Positions 60,958-64,000 of a stretch of DNA of 64,000 bases are shown here, one piece after another. The first letter of the stretch is position 1, and every line of letters begins with the position of its first letter. Made by a program: the position numbers and the translations under genes. The notes beneath the pieces were generated by a model, which was not told where the DNA came from, did no database searches, and saw only the letters and a list, made by a program, of their open reading frames with translations. The stretch is from Octopus vulgaris. Lineage: Eukaryota. Location: NCBI GenBank assembly GCA_951406725.2, contig OX597823.1, forward strand, positions 57,970,001 through 58,034,000. The letters run 5' to 3'.

Positions 60958-62111
60958 AGATAGATAGGTAGATAGATAAATAGGTAATTAACTATATTTA
61001 TGTACATATATACCCATGTATATACTTATATATCTGTGTGTCATAGTATAGGTGTGTATATCTGTGCTTGTATCTATGACCATCTCATCCTTTTCCAAGA
61101 TTTTACGTAATAACTTATATTTCACTATCCAATGTATTGCTCACATTTTCAAGACAGCGGTGATTCAAACAATTTTGCATATTACAATAGATTAGTAGTT
61201 CTCAAATTCCGTGCATGAGAAATTTTGTTTGGTCTTATTTCTACAGTACACAAAATATTTTTTGCAATTTCAGTTATACAATTTCCAATAACATTTTAAA
61301 AACATCTAATGGTTATGAGGGCTCAAAATAGTAAGATAAAAATCAAAGTGGTTCATAGGTAAAAAAAAAAAAAAGTGGTTAAGAAATACTCAAGTAGAAT
61401 AACATATGGGCATCCTCACCTATAGTTTTGTATGTTGAGTAATGGCTGAAAGAGGACGATGGTGGGAACAAGCGATTGAAATGAGGTTCCGCTGAAGGAA
61501 CGTCAAAAGCGATTGAAATGAGGTTCCGCTGAAGGAACGCTAAATGGTGGTATTCTGATAAATGAGGTTCCCTGGAACAATGTTACTGGACAGGGTGCGT
61601 ATCTCGGAGATCAGGACACCTCTCAAGCCCACGCCGCTACATTTTGGTCTTCAGAGGTACGGTTCCTGTATCACGGATTAGATTAAAATGTCGTTGGGAA
61701 GAAGCACAAGACAATTTTTTCAAGCCGAGTTAACACACAGGAGATGCAAGGGTAGAGCATGAAAGAGATGGTCGCATAATATTCTTAATTTCAGCTGGGA
61801 AACCAGCAAGTAAGTGATATAACGTTTGCATCTGAGAACTGGGCTCTCATGGCACTCCTTGGAATTTTAAGTAGAGAAAATAAATTATTGAATGGATAAA
61901 TGAATGAATAAATGAAGTAATCGAATAACTTTCTATGACATCAGAAAGTGCTACTCCACTTCTTTGCTTTTTATCAATAACCAGACGGTACGTTTCATTA
62001 AGTGCTGCTGCACCACCACCACCACCACCACCACTGCCGCCGCCGCCGCCGCCCGCAATACCACTAAAAATTCTGCCAGTTCACCGCCTTAATAATAATA
62101 ATAATAATAAC

Positions 62112-62177
<66 letters not shown>

Positions 62178-62389
62178 TCTTTCTACTGTAATCATAAAGA
62201 CTCAAATTTGGGGGAAGGGATTAAGTCGATTATATCGACCTCAGTGCGTAACTGGTACTTAATTTATCGACCCAGAAAGGATGAAAGGCAAAGTCGATCC
62301 CGACGGCATTTGAACTCAGAATGTGAAGACAGACGAAATGCCCCTAAGCATTACGCCCGGCGTGCTAACGATTCTGCCAGCTTGCCGCC

Positions 62390-62391
<2 letters not shown>
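62178..62391 (-). mobile_element. Type D SINE monomer within (TAA)n
   Basis: Full head (ctgccagcttgccgcctt) and central domain. Confidence 0.88.
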
Positions 62392-62465
<74 letters not shown>

Positions 62466-62958
62466 CAACAACATAGCCACCAGCTACAACAAGAGTAGCC
62501 ACATGTTGCGTGTCTTGATAATTGAAATGACCTCTGACAATAAATAACTTTGAGAAGTACTTCCACCAATATTTTATATCTTCGACAAGTCCGAAATACC
62601 TTTACTAAACCTACAAGTTCACAAAGCAAAAGAAAGAAAACAAAAGCAAAAAATAAACGATAAAAAGAATATACATATGTCTCACGAATTTGACTAAATA
62701 TATCCTCTTATTTTCATAACATGAAATGCTAAGAATTGTTGTCGTTCTTATTGTTGTTGTTGTTGTTGTTGTTATAGACTCGGTCAATGTTGTTCACCAC
62801 TTGTCTACAAAGTAAGTGCACGCACTTACACATAGGCAAATAAAACAAATTTACTTAAAAGTATAGGCATATAAGTGTGCTCATACATTTATGTTTGTAT
62901 TTCTGTGTGTATAATATATATACACACACACATGTATGTATACATATATTCACATACG

Positions 62959-63035
<77 letters not shown>

Positions 63036-63152
63036 GCATTACGTCTACACAAGGATGATATTTGTAATACATCTACCTATTTATCTATATATCTATCTAT
63101 CTATGAGTGTATATATACATACATGCATACATATACATGTATATATATACAT

Positions 63153-63224
<72 letters not shown>

Positions 63225-63334
63225 ACATTACTGTAAGCATGTATTTACGTAGACAATACAAAAATGAGTTAATATTAAGAGGCATAACTCAGTCGCCACT
63301 GGAATATATATGAACAACTTAGACAAATACAGAT

Positions 63335-64000
63335 ATTCTGTTAAAAACATAAAGGAAAGCTCTTGGAAAACCACTGCAAATGCTTTTCCAGAGTTTCCTT
63401 TAACGCGGTAAATTTCCTCAAAAGTTAAAAAAAAGGAATAATATGCCCTGTCCACAAAGGAGGATACAGAGCAGATGCTAGGAGCTACAGACCCATCCTT
63501 CTGACCTCACATGTCATCAAGATCATGGAAAGCATTGTCAGAAAAAGATTGACCACTTTCCATGAAGAAAATGATTTGCTTACAAACACACAACATGGTT
63601 TCCGTCCTGGACGGAGCTACCTAACAGAGCTACTACAACACTTCGTCTGGGTACTAAAAAATAGCTCGACCATTCAAATGTGGATGTGATATATCTCGAC
63701 TTTGCCAAGGCGTTTGACAAAGTTGATCATGGGATGATATGTCACAAATTGCGAGACCTAGATATCGCTGTAGACTGGGAGAGTGGCTGTATGATTTCCT
63801 AAGGGGCAGAAATCAGGCTGTCACAGAAAATGGTGCTCTCTCTGAAGTGACATCAATCCTTAGCGGATTCACCCAGAGAACAGTGCTGGGTCTACTACTG
63901 TTTATGGTTGCTCTCTTGAACATGCCCTCAGTCATAGAGTGAGGCACACTCACCAGCTACGCCGATGATACAAAAGTATCGCAGACGGTCAAGGATCCTA
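63335..64000 (+). mobile_element. CR1-group LINE reverse transcriptase pseudogene, runs off window
   Basis: ICPVHKGG, YRPILLTS, QHGFRPGRS, YLDFAKAFDKVDH, TQRTVLGLLLF, YADDTK; frameshifts and a stop. Confidence 0.92.

Overview
AT-rich, microsatellite-saturated eukaryotic non-coding DNA; the repeat style (tRNA-SINEs, (TA)n/(TAA)n/(CA)n arrays) suggests an octopus/cephalopod genome (inference). I can support no intact host gene: nearly all listed ORFs are translated microsatellites. The window is a mosaic of decayed mobile elements. These are several tRNA-derived SINE families, R4/Dong-type LINE fragments mostly at (TAA)n, CR1-group and L1/Tx1-like RT fragments, a Penelope-like element (PLE), a non-autonomous Helitron, a foldback MITE and a solo LTR. 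The main unannotated signal is about ten type-I hammerhead ribozyme motifs from at least five short repeat families. They include one fully canonical copy (4766-4849), a U3-A8 compensatory variant, and a tRNA-headed SINE with a hammerhead tail present as a head-to-head pair. Four divergent Dong 3' UTRs share a covarying hairpin. A ~3.7 kb palindrome centred on (TA)n is probably an assembly artefact. All alignments and folds were done by eye.
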